DNA of 64,000 nucleotides from an uncultured Candidatus Saccharibacteria bacterium (GTDB lineage: Bacteria; Patescibacteriota; Minisyncoccia; SW-4-49-11). The notes below the pieces were generated by a model. The model made no database searches, was not told the origin of the DNA, and saw only the letters and a list, made by a program, of their open reading frames with translations. This document shows, piece after piece, positions 31,304 to 40,127 of the stretch (positions are counted from its first letter, which is position 1; each line of letters opens with the position of its first letter). The stretch lies in NCBI GenBank assembly GCA_964585065.1, contig CAZPCB010000001.1, positions 14,037 through 78,036 on the forward strand, read 5' to 3'. The translations under genes and the position numbers were made by a program.

Positions 31304-31789
31304 ATGTCATTCTATGATCTTGCTTTTAACGATACTGCGGGGAATATCATCTCTATACAACAATTTCAAGGGCAAGTTCTTTTACTCGTGAATACAGCAA
31401 CTAAATGTGGTCTAGCTCCGCAATTTGTGGATCTGGAGAAATTGCATCAAGAGTATAAAGATAAGGGCTTAACTGTTATTGGCTTTCCTTGTAATCAATT
31501 TGCGGGTCAAGAACCTGAGAGCAATGAAACGGTAGTAAATGTATGTCAGATAAATTATGGAGTTACTTTTTTACTTTCAGAAAAAATTGATGTAAATGGA
31601 GAGAATACTCATCCTGTATTCACATATCTCAAAGATAATGCAAATTCTGGTATTTTGGGGGATGACATAAAGTGGAATTTTACTAAATTTTTAGTTTCCG
31701 CAGACGGACTTACTATTAATCGCTATGCACCTACGACAAACCCAATGGATATAAAGGAAGATATTGAATTATTCTTGCAAAAGATATAA
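31304..31789 (+). CDS. Glutathione peroxidase (Cys type)
   Basis: VNTATKCGL, GFPCNQF and WNFTKFL motifs. Confidence 0.96.
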   Translation: MSFYDLAFNDTAGNIISIQQFQGQVLLLVNTATKCGLAPQFVDLEKLHQEYKDKGLTVIGFPCNQFAGQEPESNETVVNVCQINYGVTFLLSEKIDVNGENTHPVFTYLKDNANSGILGDDIKWNFTKFLVSADGLTINRYAPTTNPMDIKEDIELFLQKI

Positions 31790-31835
31790 TGTCTCTGTTT
31801 GTGGTATAATAAACTCAATAGGTAACTATTCTACT

Positions 31836-32231
31836 ATGAACACATATAATTGGTACGAAAATCTCATCAAACCGTCCTGGGCTCCTCCTTCCTATTTATT
31901 CGGATCGGTATGGTCTATATTGTATCTGATTATATTTGCTAGTTTCGGTACAGTATTCTATCAAGTGGCCATAGGGAGAATTCCATGGATAGTAGCTTTA
32001 CCTTTTATACTCAATTTAGTATTCAATGCTGCTTTCTCACCACTGCAATTTGGGCTCAGGAATAATCTATTAGCCTCTATAGATATTATCTTATTATTGA
32101 TTACCCTTATCTGGGCTATGATTGCTATTTGGCCATATATGCGTTGGGTGACTTATATTAGTATTCCATATTTGCTTTGGGTTTCCTTTGCAACTATATT
32201 ACAGGTGAGTATAACCTATTTGAATAGATAA
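31836..32231 (+). CDS. tspO: TspO/MBR tryptophan-rich sensory protein
   Basis: WYENLIKPSWAPP...VWSILY...PYLLWVSFA. Confidence 0.94.
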   Translation: MNTYNWYENLIKPSWAPPSYLFGSVWSILYLIIFASFGTVFYQVAIGRIPWIVALPFILNLVFNAAFSPLQFGLRNNLLASIDIILLLITLIWAMIAIWPYMRWVTYISIPYLLWVSFATILQVSITYLNR

Positions 32232-32254
32232 AAGTATATAAATGAAGAAATAAT

Positions 32255-33115
32255 ATGGAAAATTTTGAAAATTATTCATCAAGATTCTCAGAAGAAGTTG
32301 AAGAGAAAGAGATAGAAATAACCCCAGAGCAAAAGGAAATTCTGGAATCAGCAACAAAATTTGCAGAATATCTGACTAATCGCTATCCACAAGTTGATAA
32401 TACAGAGGGTATTGAGCCTCAAATTAACTATTATCTTTCAGGTTCTTTAGCTACTATGCTTTTATCTCAAGCAGAGACATGTATTGAGGTAGATGAAAAA
32501 CTGACTGAATTAAGTATAAGAGAAGTACCAGAATCTACCCAAGATATATTAACTTCTTTTTCTCGACAAATTGGGGATTTAGATTATGTACCTACTGCGC
32601 ATTATAGAGATAATCCTATGAGATTAAAAAAGGGTGGAGGAGGACCTTCTTTTGATGAAGTGCCTGAAGAGGGGCTTAGGGCTTTGAAAAGAGGGGAGAA
32701 TCAATTCAAAATTATGTGCGATCCGGTTGAGTCATATGAGGTAAAGAAAATTGCTAAAATTAAGGTTGAGGATAAAGATTATTATATTGCAAGACCAGAT
32801 ACTATGCTTGCATATAAAATATTGCATATTCTTCAAAGCTATGAACAGAAGCCAGAGAAGTTTAATTCCGATTTTGGAAAATTATTCGGAGCATTAGGGG
32901 ATATGTATACAGAAGAAGAAATAGAAACTATTACTCGGGAGATACTAGTCAATTATGAGAGTGAAATGCAAAGTATACATAATCAATTTAATGATACAGA
33001 TACCTCTCCTGCTTATCAAAAACAAATTCCTCAATATATGCAAAAAGTCTTATCTCATGAAGCTATTTCTCCTGAAATAAGAAATATATTAGAGAAATTA
33101 AGAGATTCAATATAA
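32255..33115 (+). CDS. Hypothetical protein with nucleotidyltransferase-like motifs
   Basis: YYLSGSLA...GDLDYV...IARPDTMLAYKI. Confidence 0.6.
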   Translation: MENFENYSSRFSEEVEEKEIEITPEQKEILESATKFAEYLTNRYPQVDNTEGIEPQINYYLSGSLATMLLSQAETCIEVDEKLTELSIREVPESTQDILTSFSRQIGDLDYVPTAHYRDNPMRLKKGGGGPSFDEVPEEGLRALKRGENQFKIMCDPVESYEVKKIAKIKVEDKDYYIARPDTMLAYKILHILQSYEQKPEKFNSDFGKLFGALGDMYTEEEIETITREILVNYESEMQSIHNQFNDTDTSPAYQKQIPQYMQKVLSHEAISPEIRNILEKLRDSI

Positions 33116-33138
33116 ATTATGAAATATCTCGCTTAATT

Positions 33139-34045
33139 ATGGAAAACTTTGAATAAAGACGAATACCAGAGACAGAAATTGAGGAAAATGAAGTAGAAAA
33201 GCCAAAATTTTTTGATATGGAAGTGGTTTTAGATAGTATAATGACTATCGAGGAATACAGCAAAATTGAACATGTAAGACCTTATATTTTTGAATTGAAA
33301 GCTGGAGAAAAAGAACTGTATTATTTTGGATCGCCTCACATAAGCGACCCAAGCAATCCTCTATTCGCAGAAATTGAGGCCGCTTTTAATAGAGCGAATC
33401 CTGATATTGTTTTTGTCGAGGGTATGCATATTCGGGGAGATAAAACAAAATTTAATGAGAGTGTCAAATCTGCCACCCGCGAGGAAGCAATAGATAGTAT
33501 GGGTGAATCTGGACTCACCTTAAAATTAGGAGTTGAGAAAGGAATTGATTGGGAATCGCCCGAACCAACCGATGAGGATTTATATAATCATCTACGTAGT
33601 GAAGGATTTTCTCAAGACGAAATATTTGCATGGGATGTTTTTAACATTCTCCCACAATATAACCGTCAAATGAAACGAGAGGGATTTGAAAGATATATTT
33701 CGGGATTTATTGACCGATTCAAACGAACAACCAACTGGGAAAGTTTTTGATTATTCATACGAGCGCGCAATTAAACTAGGTGAACAAATTTTTGGCGAAG
33801 AGGTGGATGTTGAAAATGATTTAAACGCTCCAAATCGAGTTGATCCAATACCATGGGATGAAAAGAAAGAAACACAAACAGTTTTGAATCGAATTAGTGA
33901 AGCTTCTATGATTATGAGAGATAAAAAAATTGTTGAAGATATTCTTGAAGGGTTCAAAGCACACAAGCGAGTTTTTGTCGTATATGGTGCAAGCCATGCT
34001 GTGATTCAAGAACCAGCTTTAAAAAGAGCATTTGAATCAATATAG
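33139..34045 (+). pseudogene. Disrupted TraB/TIKI/ChaN-like fold protein (in-frame stop plus frameshift)
   Basis: ATG 33139 MENFE, then TAA at 33154 in frame with ORF 33217; one extra base in gaaagtttttga (~33745) shifts into ORF 33686..34045; motifs FGSPH, VFVEG, RD, YGASH. Confidence 0.75.
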
Positions 34046-34047
34046 TA

Positions 34048-34335
34048 TTACTCCAAATTCTTAAACCACTTTTTGGCACTTTCTCTGCGATGTGGGCAGC
34101 CAGGCCAGCAACAAGGTCTTTTTTCTCCCATAAGTATTTCTTCAGATAGACGGACAAGATGATTGGCTCGAGTTTCGGGTTTTTTGACTATGGTAATATA
34201 ACAAATCCATTCATTACGAGCAAGGTCAGTGAGATTATTCCATTTTTCAAGCAAGGCATCATTACTCAATAATAATTCTCTCAAATCATCAGGGATATCA
34301 TGTACTAATCCTGGGGCTATTTTTTTTGCATTCAT
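34048..34335 (-). CDS. YdeI/OmpD-associated family protein
   Basis: IPDDL...WNNLTDLARNEWICYI...KKPETR...RPCCWPGCPHR. Confidence 0.85.
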   Translation of the reverse strand: MNAKKIAPGLVHDIPDDLRELLLSNDALLEKWNNLTDLARNEWICYITIVKKPETRANHLVRLSEEILMGEKRPCCWPGCPHRRESAKKWFKNLE

Positions 34336-34447
34336 AAATGAAATATAAATATAGTATTAGTATATAGAATATTGAGCGATTTATCAATATAGAATTGACA
34401 TCAATTTGGTATTAGGATATTCTTAAAAAGTTGTCGCATTCAAATCA

Positions 34448-34852
34448 ATGTCTGAAACTCTGACAAGAAATTTTTACGAGGATGCTATAGCTTGGGGGAA
34501 ACTCAATTATCCCGATAGTCCAGAAGAACATCATATAGGATTTGCGAGCATTATTGCTTTTGCTTGTAAAACACCGGTTATACGTAGCCAGGTCATGAAT
34601 ACTATGAGGACATATGTTGCTATTAATATGCTTTTATTGAGGGGGCAACCTGGTAAATTTAATTTTGAGGAAGCAATAGAGTATTTTGCTCAGAATTGCT
34701 ATGGCTCTATTACTCAAGAGCATGCAGCTGTATATAAGCAATGTAGATTTAAGGGCGATTGTCCTGAAGATATAATTGCGGCTGAGTTAATGCTACAACA
34801 CAGACAACCAAGTCCTCCACATGAATATGTTCGCGACAGGGAGGCTATATAG
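34448..34852 (+). CDS. Hypothetical protein (ORFan) with its own promoter and terminator
   Basis: TTGACA(34395)-17-TATTCT upstream; hairpin plus T-run at 34838-34868. Confidence 0.7.
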   Translation: MSETLTRNFYEDAIAWGKLNYPDSPEEHHIGFASIIAFACKTPVIRSQVMNTMRTYVAINMLLLRGQPGKFNFEEAIEYFAQNCYGSITQEHAAVYKQCRFKGDCPEDIIAAELMLQHRQPSPPHEYVRDREAI

Positions 34853-34931
34853 GCTTCCCTTTTTATTTGACGGTCTGTATTGACAAAATAGTTAAAATAG
34901 AGTATTTTTATAGGGTGTTCTTGTAAAGCTA

Positions 34932-35216
34932 ATGATTATTGAAATTACCAACAAAGCTCAAGTTGTTCCCACAGCAAAAGCTATTGTGGAGAGGCAAGAT
35001 GATTGGTCTGAGGCTCAGGGAATAGTCTACATTAATTTAATGAATTTTTTTGCAGGAACAGGAGGATTTGTTCCACCATTTATGGACCATATTCACTCTA
35101 TATTGGATCTGCGTGAAGTTCTTCAAGTTGGCCATAGCAATGTGTTTGGGTTTATGAGTTATGAAGAAGCTAATACTCTGATCACAACACATCCTGGGTT
35201 TGAAGCCCTGAGGTGA
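34932..35216 (+). CDS. Hypothetical protein (ORFan) with its own promoter and terminator
   Basis: TTGACA(34880)-17-TATTTT upstream; ggagatatc-aat-gatatctcc-T-run downstream. Confidence 0.65.
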   Translation: MIIEITNKAQVVPTAKAIVERQDDWSEAQGIVYINLMNFFAGTGGFVPPFMDHIHSILDLREVLQVGHSNVFGFMSYEEANTLITTHPGFEALR

Positions 35217-35279
35217 AATACGGTTTACTTTGGGAGATATCAATGATATCTCCTTTTTTCTTTATGCTATAATACATAT

Positions 35280-35993
35280 ATGAAATCATTAGTATATACA
35301 TCTGATTCCCGTGGTAAGGCTGATTATGATTGGCTCAAAACCAATTATAGTTTTAGCTTTGCTGAATATTATAATGAAAACCGTATGGGATTTGGGGCTT
35401 TGCGCGTACTCAATGATGATAGTATAGCAGGGGGTAAAGGATTTGGAGCTCATCCTCATAATAATATGGAGATTATCACTATACCTCTATCAGGAGGATT
35501 AGAACATAAAGATAATATGGGTAATGTGGCAGTGTCAAAGCCTGGGGATATACAGGTTATGAGTGCGGGTAGCGGCGTATTTCATAGTGAATTCAATGCT
35601 CATACTGATGAGGCTGTAAGCTTACTCCAAATTTGGGTTATCCCAAATACAATGAATATAGTACCACGCTATGAGCAGAGATATTTTGATATATATAGCC
35701 AGCCTAATATATTCCACCAAATTATCTCACCTATTGAGAGGGGAGAAGAGGGAATAGGTATATATCAGGATGCCTGGTTTCAAAGAACCTATGTAGAAAA
35801 GGATAAAATACTAGATTATACGCTCAAAAAATTAGGAAATAGGATATATATTTTTGTGATATCAGGTGGAATTAAAGTGAATAATCAAGAATTACATACA
35901 AGAGATGCAGTCGGCATATGGGATACTGAGGAGGAAATTCATATTGAGGCAATTCAAAATGCTGAGTTTATATTGATAGAAGTTCCCCTATAA
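35280..35993 (+). CDS. Pirin family protein (YhhW-like)
   Basis: FGALRVLNDD, GFGAHPHNNMEIIT, MSAGSGVFHSE and LLQIW motifs. Confidence 0.95.
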   Translation: MKSLVYTSDSRGKADYDWLKTNYSFSFAEYYNENRMGFGALRVLNDDSIAGGKGFGAHPHNNMEIITIPLSGGLEHKDNMGNVAVSKPGDIQVMSAGSGVFHSEFNAHTDEAVSLLQIWVIPNTMNIVPRYEQRYFDIYSQPNIFHQIISPIERGEEGIGIYQDAWFQRTYVEKDKILDYTLKKLGNRIYIFVISGGIKVNNQELHTRDAVGIWDTEEEIHIEAIQNAEFILIEVPL

Positions 35994-36072
35994 ACAAGGG
36001 TATAAACTTTAGACAAGGTATTTATTTTATGATATTCTATATGAAATGTGTAGAAATTAATATGAAAGTAGT

Positions 36073-36690
36073 ATGATTATCACGATTGATGGGCCAGGAG
36101 GAACAGGAAAAAGTAGTACCGCTCAATCACTGGCAAAACGATTAGGATATTTTCATCTCAATTCTGGATCTTTATATCGATGGATTACCTATAATGCTCT
36201 CAATCAACATCTAAATCTTAGAGACTCAGATGTTTTGATAACATTAGCTGAGGGCTTAGACTATAATAGTATTGATTATAATGTGCTCCAAAATCAAGAT
36301 GTCTCAGATAATGTAGCAACAATTGCAAAAATTCCAGAAATTCGAGATAAGGTTTTAGATATTCAACGTAAATTTGCAAAGGATAAAAATATTGTAGTTG
36401 AAGGTAGAGATATTGGGACTAGGGTATTTCCTGAAGCTGATTATAAATTCTATTTTACCGCTTCACTCGATATACGGGCTCAACGTAGATATAGACAATT
36501 ACAAAAAGCAGGTATAGAGGGAGATTTAGAACATATTAAAATTTCAATAGCTGAGAGGGATAGACAAGATATTGAGCGAGAACATGCTCCTCTCAAAAAA
36601 GCTGATGATGCTATTGAAATTGATACCAATAATATTACCGTTGACGAGGGAGTAGATATTATCCTAGAAAAAATCAAAGTATTGTCATAA
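36073..36690 (+). CDS. cmk: Cytidylate kinase
   Basis: IDGPGGTGKS, SGSLYR, EGRDIGT and RDRQD motifs. Confidence 0.95.
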   Translation: MIITIDGPGGTGKSSTAQSLAKRLGYFHLNSGSLYRWITYNALNQHLNLRDSDVLITLAEGLDYNSIDYNVLQNQDVSDNVATIAKIPEIRDKVLDIQRKFAKDKNIVVEGRDIGTRVFPEADYKFYFTASLDIRAQRRYRQLQKAGIEGDLEHIKISIAERDRQDIEREHAPLKKADDAIEIDTNNITVDEGVDIILEKIKVLS

Positions 36691-36828
36691 AAAGAAAAGT
36701 CCCCACCAGCATCACAACAGGTGGGGCTCAGTCTGGGAATGGGAGTTATATCAACTTGTCTGATTTTGTGCTCAGACTGGGGCGAAGTTAATAGCAACTC
36801 CTTGGGGATGGATGAACCCAGCTTCATC
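36691..36828 (-). ncRNA. Candidate structured small RNA (~135 nt)
   Basis: Minus-strand TTGACA(36863)-17-TATACT(36840) promoter; long stem GGAGTTGCTATTAACTT/AAGTTGATATAACTCC; terminator CCCCACC...GGTGGGG plus U-run. Confidence 0.6.
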
Positions 36829-36926
36829 AGGTATAGTATACATACATAAAATATATTTGTCAACTTATAACAAATATGACGTGTATTGGAGAAAAAAGAG
36901 GAGCATTGCTCCTCTCAGATTTGGCT

Positions 36927-37238
36927 TCAAGCTGCTAATGTGAGAATTTTCTCCTCAAGTCGAGGGAAAAGGAGTTCAAGTTTATTACGTTCTCGAATTT
37001 CTTTACAGTTATAAATAACCCGACCATACCTATTTGTAGGTATTAATTTTGCCTCTACTTCTGTGTGACAATCTGCACAGAATGGGATTAGGTTCTCAAA
37101 ACTGTCATCTCTGCCCTCCCTCTGGGGGATAATATGATGAACTTGAAGTTTGCTTGGATGAAATTGTTCGAAACAGTGTTGGCATGTGTGATCATGCAGC
37201 TCCTTTACTTCGGCCCTAATACTAGTGTATTGGCACAT
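36927..37238 (-). CDS. Small HNH endonuclease
   Basis: CQHC...LQVHHIIP...NLIPFCADCH; terminator at 36892-36915. Confidence 0.9.
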   Translation of the reverse strand: MCQYTSIRAEVKELHDHTCQHCFEQFHPSKLQVHHIIPQREGRDDSFENLIPFCADCHTEVEAKLIPTNRYGRVIYNCKEIRERNKLELLFPRLEEKILTLAA

Positions 37239-37388
37239 TGGAAGGAGGGGGATAGGGTGGACGTATCTATTATAAATAATTTTATGTATTTTTTCAAATA
37301 TTAAATTGGGGATAAGTATAAATATTGAATATATATATTGTATAATATAGGTTACTCCTATATACTGTACACAGGATAAGAAATATAT

Positions 37389-37814
37389 ATGACATCAGAT
37401 GATTTGAAAGCAAAATTAACTCCAATACAATATACGGTTACTCAAGAGGGTGGTACAGAAACTCCATTTGAGAATGAATATTATAATAATAAAAGAGATG
37501 GTATTTATGTAGATATTGTCTCTGGGGAGCCTTTATTCTCTTCTCGTGATAAATATGATTCAGGTACTGGTTGGCCGTCTTATACTAAGCCAATTAAAGA
37601 TGATGCAGTGATTACCAAAGAGGATAATAAATTATTCCAAACAAGAATTGAGGTAAGATCTAAAGGAGCTAATTCCCATCTCGGGCATGTATTCGATGAT
37701 GGTCCTCAAGATAAAGGAGGTAAGAGATATTGTCTCAACTCAGCATCTCTACGCTTTATCCCAAAAGAGGATATGGAGCGTGAAGGATATGGAGAATATT
37801 TGGATAAAGTATAA
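37389..37814 (+). CDS. msrB: Peptide-methionine (R)-S-oxide reductase
   Basis: [16 protein letters not shown] and RYCLNSASL motifs. Confidence 0.97.
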   Translation: MTSDDLKAKLTPIQYTVTQEGGTETPFENEYYNNKRDGIYVDIVSGEPLFSSRDKYDSGTGWPSYTKPIKDDAVITKEDNKLFQTRIEVRSKGANSHLGHVFDDGPQDKGGKRYCLNSASLRFIPKEDMEREGYGEYLDKV

Positions 37815-37818
37815 GGTA

Positions 37819-38544
37819 TTAGCCTTGAATAATTCCAATATTGAGTTCTTTAGCTAGCTGATATAAACTTTGATTTATTTCTTGTGCTCTTTGAGAAGAG
37901 GCTAAATATTCTTGAGATACTATAACCCCTTTCCAAGGGCGATATTTAAATTGAGCTAAGCGAAGGGGAGAAGGATTCATAAGGCTAATATATATCGTAA
38001 TATCTGATTGTAAGGATTGTATGAATGCGACAGCCTTTTGTATAGTATGTATATCTATACCAATTTGTAAATATACGCTAGATATAAGTCCAGTTTTGAT
38101 TTTATTTGTAAGGAGATTATTTTCTTGCTCTAATTCTTTATCCAAGAGGAATGGATTATAGGCAATAGCAATATGAGGATATGTATCCTGATAATGGGAT
38201 TGTATAAATGACAATATATCAAGAGTGGTATATTTTGATTTAGGGACCCCACTAATAAGTAATATCTCAGGTATATGTAAGGATTCTAATTGTTCTAAGA
38301 GAGATAAGAATTCCTGGGCTGTCTCATCAAGAGTTTTTGCTTGATGAAATTTGAGGGAATAATAGGGGATAATGGTGAGCTTGGGGTTAATATGCTGAAT
38401 TTGATTAATCATATCTAATATAGATATGTTTTTTGACTTATTTGGTAGGGATATAGTGGCAGTTTCTAAACTTAGTAATTGAGATTGTAATTTGGGCTCT
38501 AATTCTTGACTTTTGAGAACTATTTCATGAATCAGATTCATCAT
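37819..38544 (-). CDS. Methylenetetrahydrofolate reductase-like (FAD-binding TIM barrel) protein
   Basis: ISLPNK, PYYSLK, ILLISG, IAYNPF, KIKTG...VYLQIG pattern resembles the MTHFR fold. Confidence 0.5.
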   Translation of the reverse strand: MMNLIHEIVLKSQELEPKLQSQLLSLETATISLPNKSKNISILDMINQIQHINPKLTIIPYYSLKFHQAKTLDETAQEFLSLLEQLESLHIPEILLISGVPKSKYTTLDILSFIQSHYQDTYPHIAIAYNPFLLDKELEQENNLLTNKIKTGLISSVYLQIGIDIHTIQKAVAFIQSLQSDITIYISLMNPSPLRLAQFKYRPWKGVIVSQEYLASSQRAQEINQSLYQLAKELNIGIIQG

Positions 38545-38545
38545 A

Positions 38546-38971
38546 TTAAGTCAATATAATGCGAGGTATTTGCTCTTGTAGCCAAATAACAAAATTATCT
38601 GGGCAAGGCATTACGGAGAGGCGACTATGCTTTACCAAAAGAAAATCATCAAAAAGATGTGATTGTTTGATAGTATCGAGGCTAATTTGTTCCTCAGGGC
38701 TGAATCTGGTGACAAATTCTAATTTTGCAGCCCAGCTAAAGCGACTATCGGCAAGATTGAGATAGGGCTCTTCTATTACTTTACCTATTCCTACAATACG
38801 GCGTTCTTTGACTGAATGATAAATTAAGACATAATCTCCGATTTGCCAAGTTTTAATCACATTAATAGCCTGATAATTATGTACTCCATCCCAAAGTGTA
38901 ATATGTTCTTTTTCAAAATCATCAATAGAAAAGGTTGAGGGTTCAGTTTTGGCGAGGAATACTTGAGGCAT
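38546..38971 (-). CDS. EVE domain protein
   Basis: LAKTEPSTFS, WDGVHNYQA, YHS and SRLSVMP motifs. Confidence 0.93.
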   Translation of the reverse strand: MPQVFLAKTEPSTFSIDDFEKEHITLWDGVHNYQAINVIKTWQIGDYVLIYHSVKERRIVGIGKVIEEPYLNLADSRFSWAAKLEFVTRFSPEEQISLDTIKQSHLFDDFLLVKHSRLSVMPCPDNFVIWLQEQIPRIILT

Positions 38972-39022
38972 AAAAGCAAATTTATTTTGTATAGTATATC
39001 ATAATTTGATATACTAGTGTAT

Positions 39023-39448
39023 ATGAAATTACAATTCAAACAACTTCATCCTAATGCAAAATTACCAAGCTATGGGCATCCCACAGATGCTGGTATGGAT
39101 TTGTATACCCTTGAAGAAATAGTATTTCAACCAGGTGAGCAGAAAGTTATTCCTACGGGACTAGCCATGAATTTACCAGTAGGATATGCGGCTCTAGTTT
39201 GGGATAAAGGAAGTATTGGTTTTAATAAGGGGCTGAAAAGTCTAGGTGGAGTTTTTGATGCTGGGTATATAGGGGAAATAAAAATATCCCTCATTAATTT
39301 ATCTCATGAAGTACAAATAATAGAAAAAGGAGCAAAATGTGCTCAATTGTTAGTACAAAGAGTGGAATATTGTGATATTGAATTTACCGATATATTAATT
39401 GATTCGTCTCGTGGAGAGGGTGGTTTTGGAAGTACTGGTAAATTTTGA
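39023..39448 (+). CDS. dut: dUTP diphosphatase
   Basis: DAGMDL, GVFDAGYIGE, AQL and RGEGGFGSTG motifs. Confidence 0.95.
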   Translation: MKLQFKQLHPNAKLPSYGHPTDAGMDLYTLEEIVFQPGEQKVIPTGLAMNLPVGYAALVWDKGSIGFNKGLKSLGGVFDAGYIGEIKISLINLSHEVQIIEKGAKCAQLLVQRVEYCDIEFTDILIDSSRGEGGFGSTGKF

Positions 39449-39512
39449 TATAATTTGACAAATATAAATTATTCTATGTATACTAAATATATACATCTCT
39501 GTGGAGATTTGT

Positions 39513-39632
39513 ATGGACAAAACAAAGAACACTCAGTCTAGTGATTATCAAGTAGCTTGGGTTCTCATTGGATTCCTATTTGGAATATCGCTATTGATCT
39601 TTCTCAGACTATTACAAAAAGGGATTTGGTGA
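39513..39632 (+). CDS. Candidate 39-aa single-TM small protein (absent from ORF track)
   Basis: MDKTKNTQSSDYQVAWVLIGFLFGISLLIFLRLLQKGIW*; TTGACA/TATACT promoter, GGAG upstream, hairpin plus T-run at ~39655-39685. Confidence 0.55.
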   Translation: MDKTKNTQSSDYQVAWVLIGFLFGISLLIFLRLLQKGIW

Positions 39633-39758
39633 TATATTGATCCCAGCATTATATTGAGGAGCTCCCCAGAGCCCCTCTTTTTTTGTGGATAACTATTATT
39701 GACATAATATATAGAATATATTATAAGTCTTTGATATACTATATAAGTACATTTTATC

Positions 39759-40052
39759 TTGGAGGGCCATGTGACAGCAACGGGTGTAGTTATAAATAGA
39801 AAAATAGGTAACAGCGTTGCCTGGGGCAAGTTCTTTGCTCCTGTTGTAAACTTCGTAAAAACAGCACTCGCAATCATAGCTGCTCTTTTTGGGGCTTATG
39901 CTATGGTTGTACGTAATTTAATTCTCTTGCTACGGAAAGATGCTCGTCTCTTTCTGTGGGTGGGAGGATTCTATTTCACCTACCTGCTGCTATACAAGTT
40001 TGCAGGCCCCTACCTTGTGGCTGCTAGTCTCAGGAGTAGGTATTCCATTTGA
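39759..40052 (+). CDS. Hypothetical small membrane protein
   Basis: Two hydrophobic segments; start uncertain. Confidence 0.5.
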   Translation: MEGHVTATGVVINRKIGNSVAWGKFFAPVVNFVKTALAIIAALFGAYAMVVRNLILLLRKDARLFLWVGGFYFTYLLLYKFAGPYLVAASLRSRYSI

Positions 40053-40127
40053 GGACTCTCTTCAATGCCATCGAATACACAAACAAGTCAATCATTTGGA
40101 GGTCTCTTGAATTTCAAGTAGGCCTCT

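Noticed and set aside
31304-31789. Selenocysteine glutathione peroxidase
   Set aside because: The active-site codon is TGT (Cys)
36800-36831. Hammerhead ribozyme (CUGAUGA on the minus strand)
   Set aside because: No matching GAAA core or stem arrangement found downstream
36480-36863. 127-aa minus-strand ORF
   Set aside because: It runs through a terminator and antisense into cmk; the region is better explained as an ncRNA, although an ATG lies near the predicted TSS
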